Shown here piece by piece: positions 8,433-20,923 of a stretch of DNA of 64,000 nt. Source of the stretch: Nitrospinota bacterium (lineage in GTDB: Bacteria > Nitrospinota > Nitrospinia > Nitrospinales > VA-1); NCBI GenBank assembly GCA_013349585.1, contig DUZG01000004.1:96-64095 (forward strand), given 5' to 3'. How positions within the stretch are numbered: position 1 is the first letter of the stretch; every line of letters begins with the position of its first letter. The notes under the pieces were generated by a model that had not been told where the DNA came from, did no database searches, and saw nothing but the letters and a program-made list of their open reading frames with translations. The translations under genes were made by a program, and so were the position numbers.

Positions 8433-8621
8433 ATGTTTTCAAAGGCAATTGGGTTTCTGAATGAAGTAAGAGCAGAGGTAAAAAAGGTGACGTGGCCTTC
8501 TCGTAAGGAGGCTATGGGCGGCACAGCGGTAGTCGTTTTCGTGGTTTTGGTGATGGCTTTGTTTTTGGGGGTTGTTGACGCAATTCTCTCCAAGGCTGTT
8601 CAGGGGCTCATAAAAATTTAA
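8433..8621 (+). CDS. secE: preprotein translocase subunit SecE
   Basis: 62 aa, MFSKAIGFLNEVRAEVKKVTWPSRKE followed by one TM helix. The track ORF 8262-8621 was trimmed because its N-terminus runs through tRNA-Trp. Confidence 0.9.
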   Translation: MFSKAIGFLNEVRAEVKKVTWPSRKEAMGGTAVVVFVVLVMALFLGVVDAILSKAVQGLIKI

Positions 8622-8632
8622 GCGGGTGAATA

Positions 8633-9163
8633 TTGTCTAAGCAATGGTTTGTTATTCACACCTATTCCGGATTTGAGCGGAAGGTGAAGTTGAGTATAGA
8701 AGAGCAATTCGGGCACTCCAGCCTTGGCGCGCGCTTTGGTGAGGTTATTATTCCTGCTGAAGAAGTTGTCGAGGTTCGTAAGGGCAAGAAGAAGCTTTCT
8801 TCGAGGAAGTTTTTTCCGGGTTATATCCTGATCAGTGTTGAGATGAATCAGGATATCTGGTACATGATTAAGAATACTCCTAAGGTGACGGGTTTTCTGG
8901 GAGGTGGTTCTGAACCAGTTCCTCTTTCTGAGGAAGAGGGCAAAACAATTATGGATCAGATAAAGGGCGAATCTGCGAGGCCGAAGCCAAAATTTTCGTT
9001 TGAGAAGGGCGAGAGTATTCGGGTTATTGATGGACCTTTTCTTAACTTTAATGGTGTGGTGGAAGAAGTTAATCACGACAAGGGTAAGGTTAAGGTAATG
9101 GTTTCGATTTTTGGTCGCGCCACCCCCGTGGAACTTGAATTTCCGCAGATCGAACGTGTATAG
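8633..9163 (+). CDS. nusG: transcription termination/antitermination factor NusG
   Basis: [17 protein letters not shown] domain and a C-terminal KOW ([21 protein letters not shown]). TTG start. Confidence 0.95.
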   Translation: MSKQWFVIHTYSGFERKVKLSIEEQFGHSSLGARFGEVIIPAEEVVEVRKGKKKLSSRKFFPGYILISVEMNQDIWYMIKNTPKVTGFLGGGSEPVPLSEEEGKTIMDQIKGESARPKPKFSFEKGESIRVIDGPFLNFNGVVEEVNHDKGKVKVMVSIFGRATPVELEFPQIERV

Positions 9164-9207
9164 AAATTTAGTTGAATAATCGAGTTGTAAAAAAAGAGGT
9201 GTAGAGA

Positions 9208-9636
9208 GTGGCTACGAAAGAAGTGATGGCTCAGATAAAGCTTCAGATCCCTGCGGGGCAAGCAACCCCTTCTCCACCTGTGGGGCCAGCGCTTGGGCAG
9301 CATGGAGTTGCGATAATGGATTTTTGTAAGGCTTTTAATGCAAAAACCCAGGGGCAGGAGGGAAGTATCATTCCTGTTGTAATTGATGTCTATAAGGATA
9401 GAAGCTTTTCTTTTATTACGAAGTCACCGCCTGCGTCGGCTTTGCTGAAGCAAGCGGCGGGAATTGCGAAAGGGTCTTCGAATCCAAGTAAGGAATCTGT
9501 GGGGACGGTGACCTTGGGGCAGGTGCGAGATATCGCGAAAGTTAAAATGGAAGATTTGAATGCCGAGAATTTAGATATGGCTGTCAATACTATTAAGGGT
9601 TCGGCGAAAAGCATGGGAATTAAAGTCGAAGGTTAA
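9208..9636 (+). CDS. rplK: 50S ribosomal protein L11
   Basis: [25 protein letters not shown] signature. GTG start. Confidence 0.97.
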   Translation: MATKEVMAQIKLQIPAGQATPSPPVGPALGQHGVAIMDFCKAFNAKTQGQEGSIIPVVIDVYKDRSFSFITKSPPASALLKQAAGIAKGSSNPSKESVGTVTLGQVRDIAKVKMEDLNAENLDMAVNTIKGSAKSMGIKVEG

Positions 9637-9649
9637 CCGGGAATTAATT

Positions 9650-10336
9650 ATGCCTAAGCACGGAAAAAAATACAGGGCTGCGGCCGAGAAGGTCGACGCT
9701 GATAAGAAGTATGAGTTGAAGGAGGCTCTCGGGTTGGCTTTAGATTCTAATTCAGAGAAATTTACCGAGTCGCTTGATGTTGTAGTCAGATTGAACGTTG
9801 ATCCTAGAAAAGCAGATCAGAATATTCGTGGCAGCGTGGTATTGCCTAAGGGTACGGGAAAAAAGTTTCGCGTTCTGGTGTTTGCTAAGGGTGAAAAGGA
9901 AAAAGAGGCTAAAGACGCTGGCGCGGATGTGGTTGGCGGCGATGATTTGGTTGCTAAGGTTCAAGGTGGCTGGACGGATTTTGACCGGGTGGTCGCAACT
10001 CCAGACATGATGGGTCAGGTTGGCAAGTTGGGTAAGGTTTTAGGGCCTAGAGGGTTGATGCCAAATCCGAAAACGGGAACAGTAACCTTTGATGTTAAGC
10101 AGGCTATTGAGCTAATTCAGGCGGGCAAGGTAGATTACCGTGTTGATAAGGCAGGGAACGTGCATGCCTCCTTAGGGAAAGCTAGTTTCTCAGTTGAAGA
10201 TCTTGAGGAAAATTTTAATACCCTGATGACGGCGTTGGTCAAGGCTAAGCCGGCATCTAGTAAAGGGCACTATGTGAGAGGGGTATCGGTCTCGACCACA
10301 ATGGGGGTTGGGGTCCGAGTGGTTTATGTGCCCTGA
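9650..10336 (+). CDS. rplA: 50S ribosomal protein L1
   Basis: 228 aa with an L1-like sequence ([21 protein letters not shown]) and conserved gene order. Confidence 0.97.
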   Translation: MPKHGKKYRAAAEKVDADKKYELKEALGLALDSNSEKFTESLDVVVRLNVDPRKADQNIRGSVVLPKGTGKKFRVLVFAKGEKEKEAKDAGADVVGGDDLVAKVQGGWTDFDRVVATPDMMGQVGKLGKVLGPRGLMPNPKTGTVTFDVKQAIELIQAGKVDYRVDKAGNVHASLGKASFSVEDLEENFNTLMTALVKAKPASSKGHYVRGVSVSTTMGVGVRVVYVP

Positions 10337-10390
10337 TTGAATTGAATTGATCCCCCGGTTTCGGGGTTGTAATTGAGAGAGGTGGCGAAA

Positions 10391-10918
10391 GTGCCAAATG
10401 CAGAAAAAATAAAAAAAGTTGAAGAGCTGAACGGTATTTTCATGAGGGCTAAATCGGCTATTCTTGCGAATTATCAGGGTATCGAAGCGCCGGAATTGGC
10501 TCAGTTGCGTAGTCACATGCGTAGCAGGGCGATTGACTTTCGTGTGATCAAGAATACTCTGGCTCGGCAGGCTGCGAAAAATACTCCTTTTGAGTTGTTA
10601 GATAAGGAGTTTTCGGGGCCCATATCTCTGGTTGTTAGTTTTGATGATGCGGTGGCGCCGGCAAAGGCGCTTGCAGAATTTTCAAAATCTGGAGCCACAA
10701 AAAATCCTAAAGTTATTTGTGGTGTGGTTGAGGGGAAGAAGATTTCTCCTGAACAGGTACAAGTGTTGGCAGAGTTGCCGGCGAAGGAAGTGTTGATCTC
10801 GCAGTTGCTGGCAACTATGAATGGCCCGACGACCAATTTTGTTGGGGCTCTTAGTGGAGTTCTGAGAAAACTAGTGGGTACGTTAGACGCGATTAAGGAG
10901 AAGAAGGCATCCGAATAA
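10391..10918 (+). CDS. rplJ: 50S ribosomal protein L10
   Basis: L10-like sequence (ILANYQGIEAPELAQLRSHMR..FRVIKNTLARQA). The start is ambiguous. GTG 10391 is preferred because it follows an AGAGG SD; TTG 10373 and GTG 10382 are in-frame alternatives. Confidence 0.9.
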   Translation: MPNAEKIKKVEELNGIFMRAKSAILANYQGIEAPELAQLRSHMRSRAIDFRVIKNTLARQAAKNTPFELLDKEFSGPISLVVSFDDAVAPAKALAEFSKSGATKNPKVICGVVEGKKISPEQVQVLAELPAKEVLISQLLATMNGPTTNFVGALSGVLRKLVGTLDAIKEKKASE

Positions 10919-11001
10919 ATCGATTCCTGGTATGTGGATCGTTGTGAACAGATTATTAGATAAAATTTTAGAGTAAAACAATTTTTGAAAGGAGGGCGTA
11001 A

Positions 11002-11376
11002 ATGGCCGCCACTAAGGAAGACGTAGTTTCTTTCATCGACAATATGACTGTTTTGGAAATGTCTGAATTCGTAAAAGAACTTGAAGATAAATATGGTGTG
11101 ACTGCTGCTGCACCTGCTGCTGCTGCTGCGCCGGCTGCGGCTGGAGAAGCTGTTGCTGAAGAGAAGACTGAATTCGATGTTATTCTCACCGCTGCAGGCG
11201 ATAAGAAGATTCAGGTTATTAAAGAAGTCCGAACCATTACTGGTTTAGGATTGAAAGATGCAAAAGACCTTGTTGAAGCAGCTCCTAAAGCTATTAAAGA
11301 AGGAGTGAAAAAAGATGAGGCTGAGGAAATAAAGAAGAAGGTTGAGGAAGCTGGTGGTTCTGTGGAAGTCAAGTAA
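11002..11376 (+). CDS. rplL: 50S ribosomal protein L7/L12
   Basis: N-terminal dimerisation helix, Ala-rich hinge ([16 protein letters not shown]), and a C-terminal domain containing [20 protein letters not shown]. Confidence 0.97.
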   Translation: MAATKEDVVSFIDNMTVLEMSEFVKELEDKYGVTAAAPAAAAAPAAAGEAVAEEKTEFDVILTAAGDKKIQVIKEVRTITGLGLKDAKDLVEAAPKAIKEGVKKDEAEEIKKKVEEAGGSVEVK

Positions 11377-11457
11377 CGGAAATCTAGTACGACAATTACA
11401 TATTTGCTTTAGCAGGTAAATTTTCCGTTAATCTTTCTTCCAGAAGGATGCAGCCCT

Positions 11458-14400
11458 ATGTCAAAAAACCGTTCTCAAAGAGCGCTTGGCAATCTTAAGC
11501 AAAGAAAAAATTTCGCACGAATTCCGACCGTTATTGGTATTCCCAATCTGATCGAAATTCAAAAAAAATCATTCGAATATTTCCTGCAATGGGATATTGC
11601 TCCGCATGAGCGCAAGCTGAGAGGATTGGAGGATGTCTTCAGTGACATCTTCCCTATTTCAGACTTAAATATCAACGCTCGTATTGAGTATGTCGGCTTC
11701 GAGGTCGGTATATGGGAATGTGGCTGTGGTGAATTTAAGGAGCTCGGCGGACCAGGTGTCTTCTGTGACACTTGTGAGCAGGAAGTCGTATACAAGGAAA
11801 AGCATAAATTTAGCGAGTGTCGGCAAAAGAGTCTTACCTATTCTGACCCTATTAAGATTATGGTTCGGCTCGTGCTTTTTGATCGTGAGGCGATAGATAT
11901 AAACGCTCGTGTTCTGAAAAATCTCTTAGGTCGAACAATTATCGAAGAGGTAAAGAAGCCGGGAACTGCGAAAAATCTAATTTCGGCAAAAACGGAAATC
12001 ACCGAAGACATTATAGCGATTCTGGGAAAAGAAAAAGTATCTCAGATAACCATCAATGCAGTTCGCGAGGTTAAGGAGCAAAAAATTTTTATAGGCGAAA
12101 TGCCTGTTATGGGTCCGACGGGCACCTTCATGATAAATGGTGTTGAGCGAGTCATCGTGAGTCAGATGCATCGTTCCCCTGGGGCTTTCTTTTCGCATGA
12201 CAAAGGCAAGTCGCATGTCAGTGGAAAGATACTTTATTCGGCTAGAATTATACCTGACCGTGGTTCATGGATCGATTTCGAATTTGATATTAAAGATATC
12301 CTGTATGTAAAAATTGATCGAAGACGCAAGCTTCCAGCGACTATCCTTTTGCAGGCTTTCGGAATGGATGTAAAAACCATCCTTAAAACTTATTACTCTA
12401 TTGATAAAATAAGTGTCACTAAGGACCAGCGCTATTTTATGGGAAGTAAGAACCTGCTTGTTGGGTTCAAGGTTAAGGAAGATGTAATAGATCCAAAAAC
12501 AGATGATGTGATTCTTAAGGCGGGTAAGAAGGTAACGGTACCTATAGCTAAAAAATTGAGTCGAATGGCGAAATCGGTAAAGGTTGAGTTTGAGCCTGAA
12601 GGTTTGATCGGGAGGTTTTTGTTTGAGGAGATAATTGATCCTGAAACCGGCGAAATTGAGGTAGATTTTAATCAAGAAATCTCGGAAAGTGTTCTTGAAG
12701 TCGTTAAGAAAAACAAGCTCACCGAAATTCAGATTTTGCATATTGACGAAGAATTATCGGACACTGTTGTTCGTGATACTGTGGCTATAGCAAAAACCCA
12801 AAGTCAAGAAGATGCGATCAAGGAAATATATAAAAGATTGCGTCCAGGGGATCCCCCAACTCCAGAAATAGCGCGTTCGCTATTTGCTAATCTATTTTTT
12901 AATCCCAAGCGTTACAATCTGTCTGTCGTGGGTCGTATCAAGTTGAACCAGAAATTTGATCTGGATATTCCGCTGGACAATCGATTGTTGACATTGGAAG
13001 ACCTGGTGGAAGTTGTGCGGCATATCATCGATCTCAGAAATGGGATTGGAAGTATTGACGATATCGATCATTTAGGAAACCGCAGGGTGCGTGCTGTTGG
13101 AGAGTCTCTAGAAAACCAGTTCCGAGTGGGGATTGTGAGGATGGAGAGGGCAATTATCGAAAGAATGTCAATTCAAGATCTGGCAGTTTCCATGCCGCAT
13201 GATTTGATTAACTCTAAGCCAGTAACAGCTTCTATTAAAGAATTCTTCGGTAGTAGTCAGTTGTCTCAATTTATGGATCAGACTAATCCTCTATCTGAGG
13301 TGACTCATAAGCGTCGATTGAGTGCGTTAGGGCCGGGAGGGTTGACTCGCGAGCGAGCAGGTTTTGAAGTCCGCGATGTGCACCCAACTCATTATGGTCG
13401 TATTTGTCCGATTGAAACACCGGAAGGTCCGAATATTGGTTTGATTGCTTCGCTTAGTACGTATGCTCGAGTTAATGATTATGGATTTATTGAGACTCCT
13501 TACCGAAAAGTGGTAGATGGTTATGCTAAGGAAGATGTTGATTTTCATACCGCGTTGATTGAGGATAAGTATATTATTGCTCAGGCCAATGTGAAGATGG
13601 ACGAGGAGAAAAAGTTTACCGACTCCATTATACCGGCGCGAAAGGGGGGCGACTTTACCCTTTCTCCGCGAGAGAAGGTCGATTATATGGATGTGTCGCC
13701 GAAGCAATTGATCAGCGTCGCGGCATCTTTGATCCCTTTCTTAGAAAACGATGATGCTAACCGGGCATTAATGGGATCCAATATGCAACGGCAGGCCGTT
13801 CCTTTGTTGCGGTCAGAGGCACCTTTGGTGGGTACAGGTATGGAAGCGATTGTTGCGCACGATTCCGGTGCGGTAGTGGTTGCTGAAAACGATGGTGTTG
13901 TCATCAGTGCTGATGCGACCCGTATTGTAGTTCGTACTGAAAAGAAACCAGTTAGAAAGGTAAAAACCAGACGAAGTCAGTTGGATTCGAATGTAGACAT
14001 CTATACGCTGAATAAGTATCAACGTTCTAACCAGAATACTTGTATAAACCAGCGACCGCGTGTGTCTTCCGGGACAGCGGTAAAACAAGGGGATGTTCTT
14101 GCGGATGGTCCTTCAACCGATCATGGTGAGCTGGCGTTAGGGCGAAATATCCTTGTTGCCTTTATGTCTTGGGGCGGCTACAACTTTGAAGATGCCATTA
14201 TCGTCAGTGAAAAACTCGTAAAAGAAGATGTCTATACTTCAGTTCATATTGAAGAGTTCGAGGTTGAGGCTCGCGATACCAAACAGGGGAAGGAAGAGAT
14301 CACTCGTGATATTTCCAACGTAGGTGAGGATGCTCTGAAAAATCTGGATGAAAGTGGCATTATTCGAGTTGGCGCAAACGTCAAGCCGAACGATATTCTG

Positions 14401-15672
14401 GTGGGCAAGATTACTCCAAAAGGAGAAACCCAACTTAGTCCTGAAGAAAAACTGTTGAAGGCGATCTTCGGAGAAAAAGCGGGAGATGTTCGTGATACTT
14501 CACTTAGAGTGCCGCCTGGGGTTCATGGTACAGTCATTGATGTGAAAGTGTTCTCGAGGAAGGGAATCGATAAGGACTCGCGAACGTTAGCGATAGAAGA
14601 AGAAGAGATTTCTCGAATCGAAAAAGATTATAACGAGGAAATAGCAATAGTTAAAAGTGAGATGACAAAGGGTATGTTCAGCCTTCTTAAGGGTAAAAAC
14701 GCATCCAAGGCAGCCACGGTTGGTAAGGTGAGTTTTGTAAAAGGCGAAGCGATCGAAGAAGGGCATATTCGTAAAATGACTATGAAGGACATGGTTAAGG
14801 TTCCGGCTCAGGGTGTGGATGAAAAAACCTTGTTAGTAATGGAATCTAGTGCTAAAGAGCAAGTGACTATTCTGAAGTCTATGCTAGAGGAAAAAGTTGC
14901 TCGTCTTAAAAAAGGCGATGACTTGTCTCCTGGTGTGATCAAGCTGGTGAAAGTCTTCATGGCTATGAAGCGTAAGCTTCAGGTGGGAGATAAAATGGCC
15001 GGCCGACATGGTAATAAAGGTGTTGTCTCGACCATTGTGCCTGAAGAAGATATGCCTTATATGAAAGATGGCAAGCCGATCGAACTTATTTTGAATCCTC
15101 TGGGTGTGCCTTCACGGATGAACGTTGGGCAGATTCTGGAGACCAATTTGGGGATGGCGGCCAGAGCTAACGATAAAAATATGGCAACCCCTGTTTTCGA
15201 TGGTGCTAGGGAAAGTGAGGTCAGAGACCTATTGCGCGAAGGTGGATGTTCAGAGTCCGGCGAAGTGCCTCTCATTGATGGTCGTTCTGGGCAACCGTTT
15301 AGGCAGAGTGTAATGGTGGGTTATTTGTATATATTAAAACTCCATCATTTGGTCGATGATAAGATTCATGCGCGCTCAACAGGGCCTTATTCTTTGGTGA
15401 CGCAGCAGCCTTTGGGTGGTAAAGCACAATTTGGTGGGCAGCGACTTGGTGAAATGGAAGTTTGGGCGTTGGAAGCTTATGGTGCGGCATATACTCTTCA
15501 GGAAATGTTGACTGTTAAGTCCGATGATGTTGAAGGACGAAAACGCATGTACGAAGCTATTGTTAAAGGAGATACGCACCTCAATCCAAGCTTACCGGAA
15601 TCCTTCAATGTTCTTGTGAAGGAATTGCAGAGTTTGGCCATTGATGTCGAGCTGATCGAGTCGGGAAAATAG
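11458..15672 (+). CDS. rpoB: DNA-directed RNA polymerase subunit beta
   Basis: 1404 aa. Rif-cluster sequence [48 protein letters not shown]-terminal [33 protein letters not shown]. Confidence 0.99.
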   Translation: MSKNRSQRALGNLKQRKNFARIPTVIGIPNLIEIQKKSFEYFLQWDIAPHERKLRGLEDVFSDIFPISDLNINARIEYVGFEVGIWECGCGEFKELGGPGVFCDTCEQEVVYKEKHKFSECRQKSLTYSDPIKIMVRLVLFDREAIDINARVLKNLLGRTIIEEVKKPGTAKNLISAKTEITEDIIAILGKEKVSQITINAVREVKEQKIFIGEMPVMGPTGTFMINGVERVIVSQMHRSPGAFFSHDKGKSHVSGKILYSARIIPDRGSWIDFEFDIKDILYVKIDRRRKLPATILLQAFGMDVKTILKTYYSIDKISVTKDQRYFMGSKNLLVGFKVKEDVIDPKTDDVILKAGKKVTVPIAKKLSRMAKSVKVEFEPEGLIGRFLFEEIIDPETGEIEVDFNQEISESVLEVVKKNKLTEIQILHIDEELSDTVVRDTVAIAKTQSQEDAIKEIYKRLRPGDPPTPEIARSLFANLFFNPKRYNLSVVGRIKLNQKFDLDIPLDNRLLTLEDLVEVVRHIIDLRNGIGSIDDIDHLGNRRVRAVGESLENQFRVGIVRMERAIIERMSIQDLAVSMPHDLINSKPVTASIKEFFGSSQLSQFMDQTNPLSEVTHKRRLSALGPGGLTRERAGFEVRDVHPTHYGRICPIETPEGPNIGLIASLSTYARVNDYGFIETPYRKVVDGYAKEDVDFHTALIEDKYIIAQANVKMDEEKKFTDSIIPARKGGDFTLSPREKVDYMDVSPKQLISVAASLIPFLENDDANRALMGSNMQRQAVPLLRSEAPLVGTGMEAIVAHDSGAVVVAENDGVVISADATRIVVRTEKKPVRKVKTRRSQLDSNVDIYTLNKYQRSNQNTCINQRPRVSSGTAVKQGDVLADGPSTDHGELALGRNILVAFMSWGGYNFEDAIIVSEKLVKEDVYTSVHIEEFEVEARDTKQGKEEITRDISNVGEDALKNLDESGIIRVGANVKPNDILVGKITPKGETQLSPEEKLLKAIFGEKAGDVRDTSLRVPPGVHGTVIDVKVFSRKGIDKDSRTLAIEEEEISRIEKDYNEEIAIVKSEMTKGMFSLLKGKNASKAATVGKVSFVKGEAIEEGHIRKMTMKDMVKVPAQGVDEKTLLVMESSAKEQVTILKSMLEEKVARLKKGDDLSPGVIKLVKVFMAMKRKLQVGDKMAGRHGNKGVVSTIVPEEDMPYMKDGKPIELILNPLGVPSRMNVGQILETNLGMAARANDKNMATPVFDGARESEVRDLLREGGCSESGEVPLIDGRSGQPFRQSVMVGYLYILKLHHLVDDKIHARSTGPYSLVTQQPLGGKAQFGGQRLGEMEVWALEAYGAAYTLQEMLTVKSDDVEGRKRMYEAIVKGDTHLNPSLPESFNVLVKELQSLAIDVELIESGK

Positions 15673-15785
15673 AATTAATGTTTTCCATCAGGCCCAGCAT
15701 GGCGCTTGATTAAGTTTCTTAATCGGCACCCTAAAAGAATTTAAATTAACGGTTTGCGAAAACCTTATTAAAGGAGAAGTCCCTG

Positions 15786-18700
15786 GTGGATAATCTTACA
15801 CATTTCGATAAACCAAAAAACCCTATAATGTTTGATGCGATCCGGGTTAGCATTGCCTCTCCGGAGAAGATACGCTCATGGTCTTATGGTGAAGTAAAAA
15901 AACCGGAAACCATCAACTACCGTACTTTTAAGCCAGAGCGCGATGGATTGTTCTGCGCAAAAATTTTTGGTCCAGTCAAGGACTGGGAGTGTACCTGCGG
16001 AAAATACAAGCGGATGAAGCACAAGGGTGTCATTTGTGAGAAGTGTGGAGTTGAGGTTATTCTTTCCAAAGTTCGGCGAGAGCGTCTTGGGCATATAGAA
16101 TTGGCGACTCCGGTTGCGCATATTTGGTATTTCAAGGGACTCCCGAGTCGACTAGGTCATCTTCTAGATATTCCACTCAAAGATCTTGAGCGTATTATTT
16201 ATTTTGAAAATTATGTAGTAACCGATCCTGGTGATTCGGAAATGGAAATCGGTCAGATTTTGACGGAAGAAGAATTCCGTGAGATGGAGATGGAATTTCC
16301 TGATACCTTTCGTGCCATGATTGGGGCAGAAGGAGTGGCGGAGCTTCTCAGGCCGATGAATATGGAAGAGCTCTCTGTGCAGTTGAAAGAAGAGATGATT
16401 ACTACCAAGTCCATTATGAATAAACGGAAACTTGCCAAGCGTTTGAAAATTGTTGAGGCATTTAGAAAATCTGGAAACAAACCGGAGTGGATGATTCTTA
16501 AGGTAGTTCCGGTCATTCCTCCTGAGTTGCGTCCTCTGGTTCCATTGGACGGCGGGCGGTTTGCGACATCCGATTTGAACGATCTGTATAGACGAGTGAT
16601 AAACAGGAATAATCGGCTCAAGCGTCTGCAAGAGTTAAAGGCGCCGCAAATTATTATCCGTAATGAAAAACGAATGTTGCAGGAGGCTGTTTCGGCCTTG
16701 TTTGATAACGGCCGTCGAGGTCGTACTCTTCGCGGTACGAATAAACGACCGCTAAAATCTTTGAGCGATATGCTCAAGGGAAAGCAAGGTCGTTTTCGAC
16801 AAAACCTATTGGGGAAACGGGTGGATTACTCGGGTCGATCTGTAATCGTGGTAGGTCCGTACTTGAAGTTTCACCAATGCGGTTTGCCGAAAAAAATGGC
16901 CTTGGAATTGTTCAAGCCTTTTGTGTTTAATCGGCTGGAAGAAAAAGGCTATGCAACTACAATAAAAACGGCAAAGAAAATGGTTGAGCAGGAACGTTCC
17001 GAAGTGTGGGAAGTTCTTGAGGAGGTAGTTAAAAACCATCCTGTACTTCTCAATCGAGCGCCAACTCTGCATCGACTAGGTATCCAGGCTTTTGAGCCGT
17101 TACTGATAGAAGGAAAAGCGATTGAGGTTCACCCTATGGTTTGTACCGCTTTTAATGCCGATTTCGACGGTGATCAGATGGCGGTTCACGTTCCTCTTTC
17201 TATGGAAGCCAGAACGGAATGTAAGTTGTTGATGATGTCTTCTAACAACGTTTTGTCTCCAGCTAATGGTAGACCTATAGCTGTACCTACTCAGGATATT
17301 GTTCTAGGTTGTTATTACATGACAAAAATTCGCGGCGATGTGAAGGGTGGCGGCAAGGTTTTCTCAGATCAAAAAGAAGTGATCGCTGCGTATAACGCCG
17401 ATGAGCTCGACTTACAGGCATTAATCATGGTACGTATCGAGAATGTTCTGACACAAACCACGACGGGTCGAATTCTTTTGGGTGAAGTGCTTCCTGCTGG
17501 ATTGCCCTATGAGTGGGTGAATCGGTTGATGGATAAGAAGTCGCTTTCCGAGCTTATATTTCAGGCTTTTTTGCAGGTGGGTCGAGAGAAAACGGTGACG
17601 TTGCTTGATGACGTAAAAGACCTTGGGTTCAGGTATGCAACTGAAGCTGGTTTAACCATCTCTATCGATCAAATGAAGATACCAAAAACCAAAGTTAAAC
17701 TGGTGGATAAGGCCAACGAAGAAGTTCTTAAGGTTCATAAGCAGTATCGTGATGGGCTTATCACTAACGGTGAGCGGTACAACAAGGTAATCGATATTTG
17801 GGCGCATGTTACGGAAAAAGTTTCTGAAGAAATGTTTAAAGAGCTTGAAGATGAAGACGAGGAAACGGTCCGTGGAAAAACGAATAAGGATTTTAATTCG
17901 ATTTTTATCATGGCTGACTCAGGCGCAAGAGGAAGTGCGCAGCAGCTAAGGCAGTTGGCGGGTATGCGGGGGTTGATGGCCAAGCCATCGGGGGAAATTA
18001 TTGAAACCCCTATTACCGCAAATTTTCGCGAAGGCCTGTCGGTAATTCAGTACTTCATCTCAACGCATGGTGCAAGAAAAGGGCTGGCTGATACCGCGCT
18101 CAAAACAGCGAACTCCGGTTACCTGACGCGTCGACTGGTCGATGTTGCGCAGGATATGATTGTTCAGGAAGATGATTGTGGAACTTTAAAAGGAATTGAT
18201 GCAATATCCCTCGTTGAAGCTGGTGAAATCATTCAGCCTTTGGGTGAGAGAATTCTGGGGCGAACGGTTCTTGAAGATGTTGTTGATCCTTTTACGGGCG
18301 ATGTTTTGGCGGAAGCCGACAGTCTCATTGAAGAAGACGCGGTTACGGCTATTGAAAACGCGGGCATTGAAAAAGTTAAAATGCGCTCTTGTCTGACTTG
18401 TGAGTCCAAAGAGGGGGTTTGTATTAAATGTTACGGACGCAACATGGCAACTCTGAAATGGGTTGAAGTGGGTGAGCCGGTTGGGGTTATTGCGGCGCAG
18501 TCCATTGGTGAGCCAGGTACACAGTTGACCATGCGAACTTTCCATATTGGTGGAACGGCGAGTAGGGTTGTAGAGCAAACAACGTTGAAAACCAAACGTG
18601 GTGGTACAGTTAAATATATGGGTCTCCGCACTATTAAAAATCAGGCTGGCGAAAACATCGTAATGAATCGAAACGGAAGCCTGGTAGTGTTGGATGATAC

Positions 18701-19871
18701 CGGACGTGAGAAAGAGCGTTACTCGGTTGTGTATGCTGCGAAACTCAAAGTAATCGATGGCCAAGAAGTTCAGGAAGGTCAAACCTTAATTGAGTGGGAT
18801 CCTTACACAAATGCTATTCTTACTGAGGTGCAAGGTACGATTGCTTTCGGTGACATCGTCGAGGGTGTGACGATGAAAGAAGACTTCGATGAAATAACAG
18901 GTCTTTCTACTAAAGTAATTATCAGTCACCGTGATGAAAAGAGACAGCCACGAATATCACTTAAAGATAAAGCGGGTGAAACAATTCGACGCTATATTCT
19001 TCCTGCTGGCGCAAATATCAATGTTAGTGAGGGGGAGCAGGTGAATGCCGGTGACTTAATTGTTAAGATTCCGCGTGAGTCTGCAAAAACCAAAGATATT
19101 ACGGGTGGGCTGCCAAGGGTTGCGGAGCTTTTTGAGGCAAGAAAGCCGCATGAGCAAGCAACTATAACAGAGATTACAGGTAAGGTAAAATTTGGTGGAT
19201 TCGTAAAAGGTATGCGCAAGGTAATCGTGGAAAGTGAGTCAGGCGATGAATGCGAATACCTGATCCCGCGTGGTAAGCATATCAATGTTCATGAGGGCGA
19301 TGAAGTTGTAGCCGGTGAAGCGTTGATGGATGGTGCATCTAACCCACATGACATTTTGCGAGTTCTTGGTGAAGATGAGCTTCGAAAATATTTGGTAAAT
19401 GAAGTGCAGGAAGTATATCGACTGCAGGGAGTGACCATTAACGATAAGCATATTGAGGTCATCGTCCGGCAAATGTTGCGTCACTTGATCATAGAAGATT
19501 CGGGAGGTACAGAATTTTTGCTCGGTGAACAAGTCACTAAGAAAGTATTCAACGCTGCCAATCAGGTAGCGATAAAGAATAAGAAAAAACCAGCTAAGGG
19601 TGGAGCGGTACTCTTAGGAATTACCAAATCATCGTTGAGCACAGAAAGTTTTATCTCGGCAGCATCATTTCAGGAGACAACTCGTGTGTTGACAGAGGTG
19701 AGTGTCAGCGGTAAACGAGATAATTTAGTTGGATTAAAAGAAAATGTAACCATGGGTCGGCTGATTCCGGCAGGAACGGGATGCCGGCATTATAGTGGAA
19801 TACGCATTGAAGAACCAGAAATAGAGAGAGAAGAGCCGAGGGTGGAAGAAGCTGCAGTGGTTGCAGAATAA
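15786..19871 (+). CDS. rpoC: DNA-directed RNA polymerase subunit beta-prime
   Basis: 1361 aa. Zn finger [23 protein letters not shown] and catalytic [15 protein letters not shown] start. Confidence 0.99.
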   Translation: MDNLTHFDKPKNPIMFDAIRVSIASPEKIRSWSYGEVKKPETINYRTFKPERDGLFCAKIFGPVKDWECTCGKYKRMKHKGVICEKCGVEVILSKVRRERLGHIELATPVAHIWYFKGLPSRLGHLLDIPLKDLERIIYFENYVVTDPGDSEMEIGQILTEEEFREMEMEFPDTFRAMIGAEGVAELLRPMNMEELSVQLKEEMITTKSIMNKRKLAKRLKIVEAFRKSGNKPEWMILKVVPVIPPELRPLVPLDGGRFATSDLNDLYRRVINRNNRLKRLQELKAPQIIIRNEKRMLQEAVSALFDNGRRGRTLRGTNKRPLKSLSDMLKGKQGRFRQNLLGKRVDYSGRSVIVVGPYLKFHQCGLPKKMALELFKPFVFNRLEEKGYATTIKTAKKMVEQERSEVWEVLEEVVKNHPVLLNRAPTLHRLGIQAFEPLLIEGKAIEVHPMVCTAFNADFDGDQMAVHVPLSMEARTECKLLMMSSNNVLSPANGRPIAVPTQDIVLGCYYMTKIRGDVKGGGKVFSDQKEVIAAYNADELDLQALIMVRIENVLTQTTTGRILLGEVLPAGLPYEWVNRLMDKKSLSELIFQAFLQVGREKTVTLLDDVKDLGFRYATEAGLTISIDQMKIPKTKVKLVDKANEEVLKVHKQYRDGLITNGERYNKVIDIWAHVTEKVSEEMFKELEDEDEETVRGKTNKDFNSIFIMADSGARGSAQQLRQLAGMRGLMAKPSGEIIETPITANFREGLSVIQYFISTHGARKGLADTALKTANSGYLTRRLVDVAQDMIVQEDDCGTLKGIDAISLVEAGEIIQPLGERILGRTVLEDVVDPFTGDVLAEADSLIEEDAVTAIENAGIEKVKMRSCLTCESKEGVCIKCYGRNMATLKWVEVGEPVGVIAAQSIGEPGTQLTMRTFHIGGTASRVVEQTTLKTKRGGTVKYMGLRTIKNQAGENIVMNRNGSLVVLDDTGREKERYSVVYAAKLKVIDGQEVQEGQTLIEWDPYTNAILTEVQGTIAFGDIVEGVTMKEDFDEITGLSTKVIISHRDEKRQPRISLKDKAGETIRRYILPAGANINVSEGEQVNAGDLIVKIPRESAKTKDITGGLPRVAELFEARKPHEQATITEITGKVKFGGFVKGMRKVIVESESGDECEYLIPRGKHINVHEGDEVVAGEALMDGASNPHDILRVLGEDELRKYLVNEVQEVYRLQGVTINDKHIEVIVRQMLRHLIIEDSGGTEFLLGEQVTKKVFNAANQVAIKNKKKPAKGGAVLLGITKSSLSTESFISAASFQETTRVLTEVSVSGKRDNLVGLKENVTMGRLIPAGTGCRHYSGIRIEEPEIEREEPRVEEAAVVAE

Positions 19872-19896
19872 ATTTCTATCGAAGCCCGTTTTTGTC

Positions 19897-19924
19897 TTGA
19901 CTCCGGAGTTTTCAGTGGTACAAT
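19897..19924 (+). promoter_or_regulatory. sigma70-type promoter candidate upstream of rpsL
   Basis: TTGACT (19897-19902), 16-nt spacer, TACAAT (19919-19924), in the rpoC-rpsL spacer. Confidence 0.5.
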
Positions 19925-20045
19925 TACAACTTTTTCACGCCCTATTTTATCTGATTTAACCCTTTGTTTTTTTAACAAAATTGGGTGTATATCCAGTTTA
20001 TATAATAGCCCGTGAGTGGTTTATTAATTGTGGGAGGATTATTTT

Positions 20046-20426
20046 TTGCCAACAATCAATCAATTAGTGAAATCCGGTAGAAAAAAACCGGTACAGAAAA
20101 GTGACAGCCCAGCGCTGAAATCCTGTCCGCAGAAACGCGGGGTTTGTGTAAGAGTTTATACGTCAACGCCTAAAAAGCCGAATTCGGCGCTTCGAAAGGT
20201 AGCTCGTGTGCGTTTGACTAACGGTATGGAAGTTACGACTTATATTCCAGGGGTTGGTCATAATTTACAGGAGCATTCAATAGTAATGATCCGGGGAGGG
20301 CGAATCAAAGATTTGCCAGGTGTCCGGTATCACGTGGTTCGCGGCAGTCTCGACACATTGGGTGTTGAGGGGCGTATGCAGAGCCGTTCAAAATACGGGG
20401 CCAAGAGGCCTAAAAAAATAAAGTAG
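20046..20426 (+). CDS. rpsL: 30S ribosomal protein S12
   Basis: The canonical N-terminus [13 protein letters not shown] begins at TTG 20046, preceded by a [28 protein letters not shown] motif present. The track ORF starts 18 nt earlier. Confidence 0.95.
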   Translation: MPTINQLVKSGRKKPVQKSDSPALKSCPQKRGVCVRVYTSTPKKPNSALRKVARVRLTNGMEVTTYIPGVGHNLQEHSIVMIRGGRIKDLPGVRYHVVRGSLDTLGVEGRMQSRSKYGAKRPKKIK

Positions 20427-20432
20427 AAAACT

Positions 20433-20903
20433 ATGGCAAGACGAAGAGTGGCTCAGAAACGCAAGATCATTCCTGATCCTAAATTCAACGATATATTGGT
20501 GGCACGTTTTATCAATTGTATTTTGAATAAAGGGAAAAAGGGCATAGCGGAAACTATCTTTTATACGGCCCTTGATAGTATCGAGGAAAAAGGAAAAGAA
20601 GAGCCGTTGCGTGTATTTCGCAAGGCAATAGAAAATGCCGCGCCTTTACTGGAGGTGCGGTCCCGTCGTGTTGGTGGTGCGACCTATCAGGTTCCGGTTG
20701 AGGTAAGGGAAAGTCGAAGGCAGGCTCTTAGTATGCGCTGGGTGATTCAGAATGCTCGTTCGCGACCTGGTCGCACTATGGCTGAAAAATTGACCGGCGA
20801 GCTCATGGATGCCTTTAATAATGCGGGTGGGGCGGTTAAGAAAAAAGAAGAAGTTCATCGTATGGCAGAGGCGAATAAAGCTTTTGCTCATTATCGATGG
20901 TAA
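20433..20903 (+). CDS. rpsG: 30S ribosomal protein S7
   Basis: 156 aa with S7 signature [15 protein letters not shown] and C-terminus KAFAHYRW. Confidence 0.98.
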   Translation: MARRRVAQKRKIIPDPKFNDILVARFINCILNKGKKGIAETIFYTALDSIEEKGKEEPLRVFRKAIENAAPLLEVRSRRVGGATYQVPVEVRESRRQALSMRWVIQNARSRPGRTMAEKLTGELMDAFNNAGGAVKKKEEVHRMAEANKAFAHYRW

Positions 20904-20923
20904 TCGGAGCTATAAGCTAAAAA

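Noticed and set aside
11095-11165. GCTGCTGCT-type repeat
   Set aside because: It encodes the Ala-rich flexible hinge of L7/L12, so it is coding low complexity rather than a non-coding repeat or array.
16253-16777. Long antisense ORFs inside rpoB, rpoC, fusA, secY, the S3-L16 region and elsewhere (for example 12265-12741, 16164-16631, 18186-18782, 28333-29019 and 33945-34469)
   Set aside because: They lie entirely opposite highly conserved genes. Their composition is low-complexity and rich in Arg, Ser, Leu, Phe and Asn, as expected for shadow frames, and they contain no recognisable motifs.
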